Positions 1 to 12,483 of a stretch of 64,000 nt of DNA are shown in pieces. Numbering within the stretch: position 1 is the first letter of the stretch; each line of letters starts with the position of its first letter. A program made the position numbers and the translations under genes. Source of the stretch: a virus; the IMG/VR virus record IMGVR_UViG_3300042371_001161, positions 1 through 64,000 of that record. One strand, given 5' to 3'. Below the pieces are notes generated by a model. It saw nothing but the letters and a program-made list of their open reading frames with translations. It searched no databases and was not told the DNA's origin.

Positions 1-1136
1 GCATCGGCGACCAAGTCGTCAACAGCTTCTGCGAGTTCGTTATTAGATATGGGCGTATCAAAAATGTCCTCGACGGCAGTGTCGGCGGCATCCTGAACAT
101 CTTCTGGAACTTCTATCGGCGGTTCGCTCGTCGTTGGCGTTGTTTCGGGTGGTTCTGTTGGTTTAGGTATCGTTTCTTCAACTGTTTCTTCTGGTGTTGT
201 TGTTCCAACTGGAACCTCCACTTCCGTGGTTGTTGTGGTTTCGGGTTCTGGTTCTGGTTCTGGCTCTGTAGTGGTTGTAACTATTTCTGGTTCTGGTTCA
301 GTAGTAGTTGTGGGTTCTGGCTCTGGCTCGGTAGTAGTTGTGGGTTCTGGCTCTGGCTCGGTAGTAGTTGTAGTACTGGTCGTGGTAGTTACGGCGGTTG
401 TTTCAGAAACCTCATTACTCCAACCTGAATAAACCGAGACAGAATCATTGTCGGCACGAACCTTAAATTGATAGGTGGTTCCTGGTTCTAGATTTTCAAC
501 AACTGCAGATGTGTCCGTAGATGAGATTGCCCAGCCAGAAACCCAATTGTCATTGGAGAAAAAAATGGCATATCTCTCCACTTGGATATTTGACTGTTCC
601 GGAGCGTTCCACGACAAATAAACTTTATTTTCATTACTGGATGTGACTATTAGGTTTTCTGGACTATTTAAATACGGAGCGATAGTCGTAGTGGTAGTGC
701 TAGTGGTGGTTGTGCTGGTACTGGTTGTGGATGGGGTGTTGGTCGGCGTTAAGTCTGATTCGACTACGTAAGATGTTCCATACCACCTCGTAGGGTCCCC
801 GCAGCAAACGCCCGTACGGATGCGATAGGTCCCAGTTGCTTGTACGTTATAAGAGATGTATGAATCAAGACCGTAAAAGTCGTCGTTTGAAGCCAATTCC
901 GTATTATTACTGTCATACAGCCATAGCTGGCTGTCAATACCGTATTGCTGAGCGTAGGTTCTTACGGTAAATGTAGTTCCGGCTTGCAGCTCATAATAAT
1001 AGTCATTGGCGCCATCGGTTGTTAGAGTGCTGGCCTTTAATGGGCTCGAAAAAAAAGAAACAACCGAAAAAATCAAAATAGGTATTATCGCCCATGTGCT
1101 GGGTCGTGGTCTTATATATCTGTTGCCAATTCTCAA
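1..1136 (-). CDS. Partial (runs off window start) secreted or membrane-anchored protein: N-terminal hydrophobic segment, PPC-like domain, FN3 domain, Thr/Pro/Glu-rich linkers
   Basis: Manual translation: TTG at 1136 preceded by GGAGAGG, open to position 1. Reads MRIGNRYIRPRPSTWAIIPILIFSVVSFF..., then DSQLWLYDSNNTELASNDDFYGLDSYI (PPC-like), then PENLIVTSSNENKVYLSWNAP...NLEPGTTYQFKVRA (FN3), then PEPEPTTTTE repeats. Not in the ORF track because the stop lies outside the window. Confidence 0.8.
   Translation of the reverse strand, partial: MRIGNRYIRPRPSTWAIIPILIFSVVSFFSSPLKASTLTTDGANDYYYELQAGTTFTVRTYAQQYGIDSQLWLYDSNNTELASNDDFYGLDSYISYNVQATGTYRIRTGVCCGDPTRWYGTSYVVESDLTPTNTPSTTSTSTTTTSTTTTTIAPYLNSPENLIVTSSNENKVYLSWNAPEQSNIQVERYAIFFSNDNWVSGWAISSTDTSAVVENLEPGTTYQFKVRADNDSVSVYSGWSNEVSETTAVTTTTSTTTTTEPEPEPTTTTEPEPEPTTTTEPEPEIVTTTTEPEPEPEPETTTTTEVEVPVGTTTPEETVEETIPKPTEPPETTPTTSEPPIEVPEDVQDAADTAVEDIFDTPISNNELAEAVDDLVAD
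226..385 (-). repeat. Coding tandem repeat (about 30 nt unit) encoding PEPEPTTTTE linker
   Basis: gtagtagttgtgggttctggctctggctcg-like units repeated about 3-4 times inside the 1-1136 ORF. Confidence 0.8.
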
Positions 1137-1193
1137 TCCCTGTCCTCTCCCGACAGAAACAATTTTACAGCATGCTATTTATAATGTGTGCAA

Positions 1194-2468
1194 TTAAATA
1201 TCCCTCTTGGGAATGTTTCTTTGTTCAATAGGGCTCAGTCTGCCTTTATGCTGAACATCTATGTCTTTTCTGACCCACGTCATCCCGTATGGCGTGTCTA
1301 GATTCTCAACTCCAACTCTCATCATCAGGCGTTCCGCCATTGATTGAAACGAAGGGTCGTCACTTAAATTGAGATACGAGTTATGAAACCACGGAAGGTC
1401 ATAGAAAGCTGGAGAATTAACAAGAAGACACCCGGCCGTAGTCCAGTGCTCTTCAATTGGGGGGCTTTCGCTTATTACTTTTCCAGACAAACAATAAGCC
1501 CCAACATTTGCCCCAACAAGAGGTCTGTCTACTTCAAGCATTTTTTCAACAATCTCTACTGTTAGCTGTATGTCTGAGTCGACATATAGGATTGCTTGAT
1601 AATTAACTACCCCAATGTTCCTTTCGGCGCAGTCTTCTCCCCAGTGGTGACCAGAGGTGACCCTATGTCTTTGAGCAAATTCTCGGATTAGGTTACGACC
1701 AGTTTCTATGCGAATCCATCTATTGCCGGACGTGACTTCTGCCTGCATGTCGTTTATCGAGTAGGTCCAGTAGTCGCCATTGACTTCGCGAAGTGCAGCA
1801 ACGACTTCGTGGAATGGTTCAACGCCGCGCACATCTGTCTCAAGTGCGGCAAACCATTTAACGTTTGGAAACTTTTCGATGATTTGAGCCCTGTTTGAAA
1901 GCCAGTCCAAGTGTTCTCTAGCCTCGCACTTCCATGGGACTAGAGGGGTTCCGATGACAAAATGCTTGCTGTAATCTATTGATTTTAATACCGAGGAAAT
2001 GTGAGGTGCTGGTTCCGGATTTTTTAACTTCGATACAAAATCTGAACAAACTCCAGCATATTGAATCTCCCATCCTGGAGTTAGTTCTGACCAGTTCGCT
2101 TCAGGCATCACCTTTATACATTTTGCAGAGGTGTATTTTTTTCCTGGATAGGACCACACATATCCCGTGCTTGTTAGTGTGTAATCGTCTACGTTATGAA
2201 AAAAACAATTCAAACCATTTCTCATAGCAAAACTTAATGCGTCAGTGTTTTTGCAATGAACCCATATTTGGGTTGTTCTGTCAACCAGCCACTCGGCTGG
2301 GACTTGGTGCTGGGGCCAGTCATGGCCAAGAAATATTCCAGATTCATTAATCCATAAATCAACCTCAACATCAAAGCCTTGCGCTATTGCTTGCTCAATG
2401 TAGTCTGGCTGATTTTCAAATTCAGGATTAGGCCCGTTAAGGTTTCCGCGATGTGATATGTAAATCAT
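1194..2468 (-). CDS. Fusion of glycerophosphodiester-phosphodiesterase-like (PI-PLC fold) domain and GT-A-like glycosyltransferase domain
   Basis: N-terminal ISHRGN...GFDVEVDLW...LGHD...WVHCKN motifs; C-terminal ILYVDSD (DxD-like) and TTAGCLLV. Confidence 0.7.
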   Translation of the reverse strand: MIYISHRGNLNGPNPEFENQPDYIEQAIAQGFDVEVDLWINESGIFLGHDWPQHQVPAEWLVDRTTQIWVHCKNTDALSFAMRNGLNCFFHNVDDYTLTSTGYVWSYPGKKYTSAKCIKVMPEANWSELTPGWEIQYAGVCSDFVSKLKNPEPAPHISSVLKSIDYSKHFVIGTPLVPWKCEAREHLDWLSNRAQIIEKFPNVKWFAALETDVRGVEPFHEVVAALREVNGDYWTYSINDMQAEVTSGNRWIRIETGRNLIREFAQRHRVTSGHHWGEDCAERNIGVVNYQAILYVDSDIQLTVEIVEKMLEVDRPLVGANVGAYCLSGKVISESPPIEEHWTTAGCLLVNSPAFYDLPWFHNSYLNLSDDPSFQSMAERLMMRVGVENLDTPYGMTWVRKDIDVQHKGRLSPIEQRNIPKRDI

Positions 2469-3172
2469 TTTTCAACCTGAATCCATATCCAGTTTCTGTG
2501 ATTGTCTCCAGGACCGGTATCTCTGATATCTGACTTGTAGTTGGTATACCCAATCTCGTCAACGAGGTCCTTTTGTATATCTGCTTCTTCTGTAATGCTT
2601 ACATCTGCATGCCCGTTAGTGCTTGCCGCATCAAATATGTCATCGAAATATCCAGCAGTAGGAATTCCGTCTTTGCCCCCGTGTCCCATTTGGAAGCAAA
2701 GCTTTCCTCCCGGTTTTAGGACTCGATAAATATCTTTAAGAATATTAAATCTAATCTCGTGAGAACAAATATGTTGAAAGCAAATAACAGCGAAAACAAC
2801 GTCATAGGTGTTTTCTTCTATCATCGATAAGTTGTCACCACTTGTGACGTAAAGGTTTGAGTTAAAAATATTGTTGTGTTCTAGGTTTATCTTTGCTTTA
2901 TCAATATTGATATCGGAGATGTCTATTCCGTCGATTCTTGCAAAACGGTTAGAAAACTTCACAAGGTTTCTTCCCGGGCCACACCCGTACTCGAGGGCAA
3001 TTAGACCATTTGTATCAAAGTCCTTAAACAAAACAGTGTCATAGTCTGCCCAGTTGTTGTGGGCATCGTACGAACCAACGACAGGGTCTCTGAAAGACAA
3101 CGACCACTGACTCGCATATTCGTCATAATACTTATTTTGCATGGACAGGTAGTCCGTTTTTGTCTTTTTCAC
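2465..3172 (-). CDS. Class I SAM-dependent methyltransferase
   Basis: ALEYGCGPGRN motif I, GIDIS, YDVVF, RVLKPGGKL. Confidence 0.92.
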   Translation of the reverse strand: MKKTKTDYLSMQNKYYDEYASQWSLSFRDPVVGSYDAHNNWADYDTVLFKDFDTNGLIALEYGCGPGRNLVKFSNRFARIDGIDISDINIDKAKINLEHNNIFNSNLYVTSGDNLSMIEENTYDVVFAVICFQHICSHEIRFNILKDIYRVLKPGGKLCFQMGHGGKDGIPTAGYFDDIFDAASTNGHADVSITEEADIQKDLVDEIGYTNYKSDIRDTGPGDNHRNWIWIQVEK

Positions 3173-4542
3173 TTATGGTTCTCCAAGTAATAGTTGAGGT
3201 CTTCCGGTGTTCCGATTCCCCACATCTCGGAAACTTCTTTAATTCGTATTTTCTTTCCGTCTTGAATTGCTTCATTAAATACGGGGCAAACATAGAACTC
3301 ATTGTTGGTTCTTATGTTTTTTTCAATCATTTGATTTGCGTATTTAACATAGTCAGAGCCATGCTTCCAGTAGTAAACCCCTACCGTGGCATTGTCTGAT
3401 ATTGGATTTTTTTCAGCAACTTCATCAACAAACCCGTCTTCCCCTATTTTTGCATAAGACCACTTTGGGTGAGTTGCTTTAAACGTAAGTATTCCGCCGT
3501 CAATTTCATCTGCATCAAACGCGTATAGGCACTCATTGCTGTTCCACTCGATTAACTGGTCAGAGTTTGCCATAAGAAGAGGGGCGTCATTGTCTATAAG
3601 GTCAGAAGCGAGAAGGGTCGTGCATGCTGCCCCTTCTGTCATTCCGTCAACAATTACTATTTCGCATCCAGGTTTAATAATGCTCAATACTTGCTTGAGG
3701 TTGTATTTTTCGTAATGCTCTTTCTGTACAAGAAATATGAAATGGGCATCAATATTAAGATTATCGACCACCATCTGAATCATTGGCTTGCCGTGAACCT
3801 CGATGAGAGGCTTGGGAAATGTGTATCCAGCCTGGGAGAAACGTGAACCAGCTCCAGCCATAGGAATAAGAACGTTCATCTTTTCGTTCTTCCACGCAAC
3901 ATTTGTTCTTTGGCTTGCATTAATTTCTGATGCCATTCGTAATAATCTTTCTTTATCTAGGCTGTATGAGTCTTTTATTGCATAGAGGTGAGCCCCAGAA
4001 GCGTTAGCTCCCTCTCTACCTATGTGCGAGTCTTCAACAATTATCGTTGAAGAAGGAGTTGCACTGCAGTTAATCATGCACTGCCAGTACATTTCTGGGT
4101 GAGGCTTATGATGTTTTACATCTTCGTTACTCATGATGTGGCTAACCATGTGCAGGACGCCTATGGCGTTGAGAGCAGTAATTACTGTTTCACGAATAGC
4201 ATTGCTCGCAACGGCTATTTTCCAGCCATCCGCTTTTAGGGTTTGCATTATGTCTATTGCGTTTGCGTTTTTTGGCAATAAGCTCAATATTTCAATAGTT
4301 GACTTTTGCTTGTTTTCCCACACTTCTGAATGGGAATCTTTTGGAAGCCCTTTCATAGAGGTGAGCATTTCTAGTTTCTTTGTAGTTCCAAGTCCATCAA
4401 AGGTAGATAAATGTTCACTGCGAGAGATAACGAACTCTTCTCCAACCAGAGATAGGGCTTTATTTAGCGATTCGTAATGAACATCGCGTGAATCTATAAG
4501 CACTCCATCTAGGTCAAATATAATCAGTTTTTGACTTTTCAT
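3169..4542 (-). CDS. HAD-family phosphatase fused to sugar nucleotidyltransferase (BcbE-like)
   Basis: IIFDLDGVL (DxD), KPHPE and IVEDS HAD motifs; then LIPMAGAGSRF...PKPLI nucleotidyltransferase signature and GIGTPEDL. Confidence 0.9.
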   Translation of the reverse strand: MKSQKLIIFDLDGVLIDSRDVHYESLNKALSLVGEEFVISRSEHLSTFDGLGTTKKLEMLTSMKGLPKDSHSEVWENKQKSTIEILSLLPKNANAIDIMQTLKADGWKIAVASNAIRETVITALNAIGVLHMVSHIMSNEDVKHHKPHPEMYWQCMINCSATPSSTIIVEDSHIGREGANASGAHLYAIKDSYSLDKERLLRMASEINASQRTNVAWKNEKMNVLIPMAGAGSRFSQAGYTFPKPLIEVHGKPMIQMVVDNLNIDAHFIFLVQKEHYEKYNLKQVLSIIKPGCEIVIVDGMTEGAACTTLLASDLIDNDAPLLMANSDQLIEWNSNECLYAFDADEIDGGILTFKATHPKWSYAKIGEDGFVDEVAEKNPISDNATVGVYYWKHGSDYVKYANQMIEKNIRTNNEFYVCPVFNEAIQDGKKIRIKEVSEMWGIGTPEDLNYYLENHK

Positions 4543-5192
4543 TGGGATTCCGGGCCGGCATGTCTATGCCATTTATTGTGTCTAACAACGCTTCCACCAT
4601 TACATTTCATGACGTACTTGTTACGCACCCTCATAGACCATTCGACATCTTCTTCTTCATTCCAACCCCGAGACTCATCAAGAGGCTCTTCTTGTAGAAC
4701 GTGTTTTTTAACTATAAAGAATCCGCCAGAGATATACATGTATTGGGTTTGCGACCAGTCGTCGTAGTCGAGTGACCATGCCCTGCCGTGGTCTGGCTTA
4801 TCCCAAAGAGACCAATCCATCGGGTTTCTGGCTCCGGTAATCAAATACTGAGGGCATGAACATATTTCCCAGTCTGTACCAAAAGATTTAAAATTCACAT
4901 ACCAGTCTTTATCAAAAACGTGATAGTCATGCATTAATACAATATTTTCGTATTTTGCTTCAGCGGCAAGAATGTTCTTTTTTCTTGTTATCCATTTAGA
5001 TTTTTGTGATTCGTCAAAATCGATTACCCTCAAGTCTTCGGCGGAATTAGAAAATTCATTGCCACCCCCGCCAATCAAGAGAATTTCATATTCGGGAATG
5101 GACAAATTCCTTATTGAATTAATTATTTCATCAAGTCTTTGACGGTCTTCAAATCCCGTAACTATCCCAAAAGTCCACCGAATATCATTCAC
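4539..5192 (-). CDS. GT-A (family 2-like) glycosyltransferase
   Basis: YEILLIG, ITRKKN, VLMHDYH, ISGGFFIVK, EEEDVEWS. Confidence 0.75.
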   Translation of the reverse strand: MNDIRWTFGIVTGFEDRQRLDEIINSIRNLSIPEYEILLIGGGGNEFSNSAEDLRVIDFDESQKSKWITRKKNILAAEAKYENIVLMHDYHVFDKDWYVNFKSFGTDWEICSCPQYLITGARNPMDWSLWDKPDHGRAWSLDYDDWSQTQYMYISGGFFIVKKHVLQEEPLDESRGWNEEEDVEWSMRVRNKYVMKCNGGSVVRHNKWHRHAGPESQ

Positions 5193-5194
5193 GG

Positions 5195-6289
5195 CTAAAT
5201 ATTGTCCTTGATGAACTTCATCGTTGCGTCCCAGTCATCACCACGAGCATCCATGGAAAAATCTTTTGCAATCTCGTAATTTTTGTCAGCTTCGTTTCGT
5301 CTCGCGGTGACGTCAATTAGTTGGTCTAAATGGTGCATCCATTCGTCTTTTGTGTTTGCAATTCGACCTACTCCCTTGTCTGCTAAATATTGATATTCGG
5401 GAGAATATGAAGAAACAAAGGGAATGCCGGCCGCCACATACTCAAGACCCTTGATGAAGGATTTTGCGTGATTGAATTCAATATTATTCAAAGGAACAAT
5501 TCCAATATCAATTTGTTTAAATAAATTGGGGTATTGGTAAATTGGGGCCATGGATGTAATTTTAGAATACTTTTCATCAATTCCTAAAAGCTCATGTGCC
5601 AGCGGCGCACTTGGGTTGTGTCCAGAATGTTGAAAAAAAAGTTTTCTGCTTTGAATGTATTTGCCCATAAACTTATTGAGCTGCTCAAGGTCGTTGGAGC
5701 GCCAATGAGTTGCTCCGACCCATCCGATACGAGGACGTTTGTTAACTGTTATTTGCTTTCGCGTCCATCGATGAAGGTCGATGCCGTTGCGCACCATGAA
5801 AACATTGTTGCGTTTTTTGCTGTAATATTCAAACAGGAACGGTGTTGACGTGATTATGGCGTCGGCAGCCATAATTATCTGTGCGTATATCTCTCTATTT
5901 GAATCTGGGTTAGTTTTTGGGTCAGTTGCCGCATAAGCCCTATTCGATTCCGACAGCCCGTCGTGCCAATCGTCAACATCTACGACGATTTTTTGCCCCA
6001 TTGCTTGAGCCTTAAATACTGATTCGAGTACTTCTTTCTGCATTAAAAGCTTCAGGACAATAATGTCCCATCCGTGGACAGACCGACCGTCTTCTGTGAG
6101 CATCCCAAATCCGCGTTGTTCGTTATATCCCGGGAATCCAACAGCACTAAACCACCCTCTTTTGTTCAGTTCATCAGAAGGGAGCTTACACCTGTACCAT
6201 GCGCACCCATTCGGCTGTAGAGGGTCTGTGCCCCAACACCAATCATGGGTGAGGAATGCAATCGTTGGTTTTTGGGTTCGGCGTTTCAT
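5195..6289 (-). CDS. GT-B (family 4-like) glycosyltransferase
   Basis: IVVDVDD, DAIITST, RNGID, RIGWVG, DIGIVPL...KSFIKGLEYVAAGIPFVSS. Confidence 0.85.
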   Translation of the reverse strand: MKRRTQKPTIAFLTHDWCWGTDPLQPNGCAWYRCKLPSDELNKRGWFSAVGFPGYNEQRGFGMLTEDGRSVHGWDIIVLKLLMQKEVLESVFKAQAMGQKIVVDVDDWHDGLSESNRAYAATDPKTNPDSNREIYAQIIMAADAIITSTPFLFEYYSKKRNNVFMVRNGIDLHRWTRKQITVNKRPRIGWVGATHWRSNDLEQLNKFMGKYIQSRKLFFQHSGHNPSAPLAHELLGIDEKYSKITSMAPIYQYPNLFKQIDIGIVPLNNIEFNHAKSFIKGLEYVAAGIPFVSSYSPEYQYLADKGVGRIANTKDEWMHHLDQLIDVTARRNEADKNYEIAKDFSMDARGDDWDATMKFIKDNI

Positions 6290-6466
6290 ATAGGTCTTGA
6301 CTCAGACTAATAAAAAACGGTCACACGACCCCGTCAAGAAATATTGAGAATTTAATCATGTTTTCAAACAGAGATATCATCAAGCGGTTCAAATACTTGG
6401 CCATATTTGAGTGATATTTAATCTACAATCAATAGTGAAACTGCTTTTTGGGAGGCTCTAGGCGCG

Positions 6467-6850
6467 ATGTTGGCAGGAAATTATAACTTAACGTGTCAAC
6501 AGGGCTCAACCTTTACTCGATTAATAGAAATTGAGCAGCCCGACCTCACAACTGACCCGACCGGGAACACATTTGAGCCTTATAATTTGTCCGGATTTAC
6601 GGCCAGAATGCAGGTACGTAGAACCATAGACTCGGCAAGCGTCTTACTGCACCTCACTACGGCAAACGGGGCACTGACAATCAACCCTTCAGGGGCCGCC
6701 ACAAATCAAATATATATTAACGTCAGTGCTTCGGTTACGGCTTCGGTCTCTACCAGCGGCGTCTATGACCTGGAGATAGTTAGCTCGACAGGGACTGTTA
6801 CTAGAGTTCTTCAGGGGGAGTTTAATTTGAGTCCAGAAGTGACGCGATGA
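6467..6850 (+). CDS. Virion structural protein (baseplate/fibre-attachment-like beta domain)
   Basis: GGAGG RBS; QGSTF...ARMQVR...GVYDLEI...RVLQG pattern typical of phage fibre-associated small proteins; first gene of fibre operon. Confidence 0.55.
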   Translation: MLAGNYNLTCQQGSTFTRLIEIEQPDLTTDPTGNTFEPYNLSGFTARMQVRRTIDSASVLLHLTTANGALTINPSGAATNQIYINVSASVTASVSTSGVYDLEIVSSTGTVTRVLQGEFNLSPEVTR

Positions 6851-7218
6851 GTAATGTCCCGAATAATGTAATCGTCAATCAGGATGCTCCCAATCAGGTG
6901 GTTGTCAACCAATCCGCCCCTAATAATGTCATTATTAATGAGGATTCTGCCAATCAAGTAATCGTCAATCAGGATGCCCCAAATCAGGTTGTTGTTAGAT
7001 TATCCGCTCCTGCTTCCTCGAACACTAGGCGATACGTCCATATCCAGGAGCAGGCCTCGTCAACATGGACCATTGCGCATACTCTTGGCGGCAGGCCTTC
7101 AGTAACCGTTGTCGATTCTGCTGGGACCGTGGTCTACGGTGAGGTACAATATTTATCAGACACTCAGGTTTCAGTGCTATTTAGTGCTGGATTTTCAGGG
7201 TACGCATACCTTACATAA
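6847..7218 (+). CDS. Small structural protein with five N-terminal decapeptide repeats and a C-terminal beta domain
   Basis: NNVIVNQDAP/NQVVVNQSAP/NNVIINEDSA/NQVIVNQDAP/NQVVVRLSAP; ATGA overlap with upstream gene. Confidence 0.7.
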   Translation: MSNVPNNVIVNQDAPNQVVVNQSAPNNVIINEDSANQVIVNQDAPNQVVVRLSAPASSNTRRYVHIQEQASSTWTIAHTLGGRPSVTVVDSAGTVVYGEVQYLSDTQVSVLFSAGFSGYAYLT

Positions 7219-7227
7219 GGACTCACT

Positions 7228-8832
7228 ATGGCTCAGAAGTTTCTTACAAATATTGACCTCAATAAAAATGCGGTAGTTAACGCCAGTTTTGAGGTCCTTA
7301 CTACCGACCCCTCAACCGAGCTTTTTGATGGCCGGATGTACTTCAATAGTGTCGATGGCGTCATTAAAATCTATGATTCAACTGCCGCTGCGTGGCGAAA
7401 AGTCGTTGCTGGCATTGGTGCGGCTGCTGGCGTAATAGCCGCGGGCACTCACGCCACAGCCCTAACGATAAGTGATTCCGGTGGGCAAATTTCAATTACC
7501 CCAAATCTTGCAACTTCTGCAAGTGCTGGTCTTTTCTCTGCAACGGATTTCACCAAACTTGCCGACGCTACCGCAGATGCAACTGCATCCAAGTTGGTTA
7601 TGCGTGATGCAAGCGGTCAGGCTAAAATCGCCACCCCTACAGATGCAGCACATATTGCCACCAAGGGGTATGTTGATGCCGCCCGTCAGGGCTTGGACGT
7701 AAAGCAATCGGTCAGAGTTGCCTCTGCTACTCCAGTAGCAATCGCCAACGGTCTTGAAGCCGGCGACACAATTGATGGAGTGACGCTTGCCGAGGGCGAC
7801 CGAGTCCTTCTTATGGGCCAAACCTCTGCATCAGAGAACGGAATTTATGTTGCCGTCGCTTCTGGTGCTGCTTCTCGCTCGTCTGACGCAAATGGTACGG
7901 CCGATACCGGCGAGCTCAAGCCAGGAACATTCACTTTCGTTGAAGAAGGTACTGACAACTCCGACAAGGGATTTGTTATCTCGACTAACGGAACCATCAC
8001 TGTCGGCTCTACTGCTATTGCTTTCACGCAGTTCTCCGGCGCAGGCTCGTTTACAGCAGGTAATGGTCTTTCCCAGAGCGGAAACACAATCAATGTCAAC
8101 GTCACCTCTAACAGAACAGCAATTACCGAAGATGCGATTGACATTTCAGCCAACTATGTTGGTCAGTCTTCAATCACGACACTTGGCATAATTGGTACAG
8201 GAACGTGGCAAGGCAATGTCATTGCTGGTCAGTACGGTGGTACTGGAGTAGCCAACACCGGCAAAACCATCACTTTGGGTGGAAACCTCACCACCTCTGG
8301 AGCACACGCTACTACGCTCACCACGACCGGCACTACGGGCGTAACTCTACCCACAACGGGAACCCTCTCTACCTTAGATGGTACTGAGACCCTTACCAAC
8401 AAAACGCTCACTGCTCCAGCATTGGGAACGCCTGTATCGGGAGTTCTCACTAACGCAACTGGACTCCCATTAACAACTGGCGTTACTGGAACGCTTCCTA
8501 TTGCCAATGGTGGTACTAACGCAACGACCGTAGCAGATGCCCGAGCGAACCTTGGCATCAAGACATCCGCTGGTGCCGCATCCACAACCACTTCAGCGCT
8601 TGCTCGAATTGCCGCCCAACCTTGTGCTGCAACAGTAGAAGGCAACCCAGCTTCGGTTACGACCGTCGAACACAAGTTCAATACAAAGAATGTTATTGTT
8701 CAGGTTTTTCAAGTGTCTACTGGTGAAACAGTCAACTGTGATGTCGTTCGTTCCACCGATGATGCAGTCGTGGTAACAATTAACGGAACCTCTATCACCC
8801 TGGACGAGTTCCGTATTGTCGTAACAGGCTAA
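7228..8832 (+). CDS. Tail fibre-like protein
   Basis: ATKGYVD...[10 protein letters not shown] motif, TLTNKTL and LPIANGGT fibre motifs, Thr/Gly/Ala-rich. Confidence 0.75.
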   Translation: MAQKFLTNIDLNKNAVVNASFEVLTTDPSTELFDGRMYFNSVDGVIKIYDSTAAAWRKVVAGIGAAAGVIAAGTHATALTISDSGGQISITPNLATSASAGLFSATDFTKLADATADATASKLVMRDASGQAKIATPTDAAHIATKGYVDAARQGLDVKQSVRVASATPVAIANGLEAGDTIDGVTLAEGDRVLLMGQTSASENGIYVAVASGAASRSSDANGTADTGELKPGTFTFVEEGTDNSDKGFVISTNGTITVGSTAIAFTQFSGAGSFTAGNGLSQSGNTINVNVTSNRTAITEDAIDISANYVGQSSITTLGIIGTGTWQGNVIAGQYGGTGVANTGKTITLGGNLTTSGAHATTLTTTGTTGVTLPTTGTLSTLDGTETLTNKTLTAPALGTPVSGVLTNATGLPLTTGVTGTLPIANGGTNATTVADARANLGIKTSAGAASTTTSALARIAAQPCAATVEGNPASVTTVEHKFNTKNVIVQVFQVSTGETVNCDVVRSTDDAVVVTINGTSITLDEFRIVVTG

Positions 8833-8870
8833 GCAACCATAAGAACTACTCCAGAAAACAGAGGAAAACT

Positions 8871-9059
8871 ATGAAAATCACAGCAGAACACAAAGCTATG
8901 GCAGCATCTTACGCACGAAGCGTGCTTGGAGCAGCAGTGGCTGTTTACGTATCAACAGGAGATGTCAAGATGGCAGCCAATGCTCTCTGGGCAGCAGCGT
9001 TGCCTGTTATTCTTCGTTACTTCAATCCAAAAGATATGGCTTTCGGCAAGAAAGCTTAA
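8871..9059 (+). CDS. Putative holin (small two-TM protein)
   Basis: 62 aa, two hydrophobic segments, basic C-terminus, ...RYFNPKD..FG pattern resembling actinophage holins. Confidence 0.55.
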   Translation: MKITAEHKAMAASYARSVLGAAVAVYVSTGDVKMAANALWAAALPVILRYFNPKDMAFGKKA

Positions 9060-9087
9060 TTAATCGGCCCTGAGGGGCTCGACATAA

Positions 9088-12113
<3,026 letters not shown>

Positions 12114-12114
<1 letters not shown>

Positions 12115-12482
12115 TGCCCTTGACACAGAAAAGACTTGTCGGACCAGCAGCATTTGCTACGTCTGCAGCAGATATATACACCGTGCCATATAATGCTGGA
12201 TACGTAACGACGGTTGTAATTAAAGAAATTATTTTGTGCAACACGTCTGCTTCCGCACAAACAGTAACGCTATATCTAAAGCCATACGGAGTAACTGTAG
12301 CAAGTTCGCACATTTTTATTAACTCGCTAACACTTGCAGCTAACGAAACAGTGACATTGTCAACTTCAATGGTATTAACAAATAATAATAATACTGCCGG
12401 AGATACATATTCAGATAAAATACGAGGACTAGCAAGCGCAGTAACCGTCAACTATATTTTGAATGGATACGAGGAATACTAA
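12114..12482 (+). CDS. Small virion structural protein, hypothetical
   Basis: 122 aa beta-rich ORF overlapping the collagen stop codon; in fibre operon. Confidence 0.65.
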
Positions 12483-12483
12483 A

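Noticed and set aside
226-432. Plus-strand ORF of VVVVGSGSGS repeats
   Set aside because: Antisense shadow of the PEPEPTTTTE linker in the real minus-strand gene 1-1136
1194-6289. Interpreting the glycan genes as a bacterial chromosomal capsule locus flanking a prophage
   Set aside because: Flanked on both sides by phage-type genes; no integrase, att site, transporter or host housekeeping genes in the window
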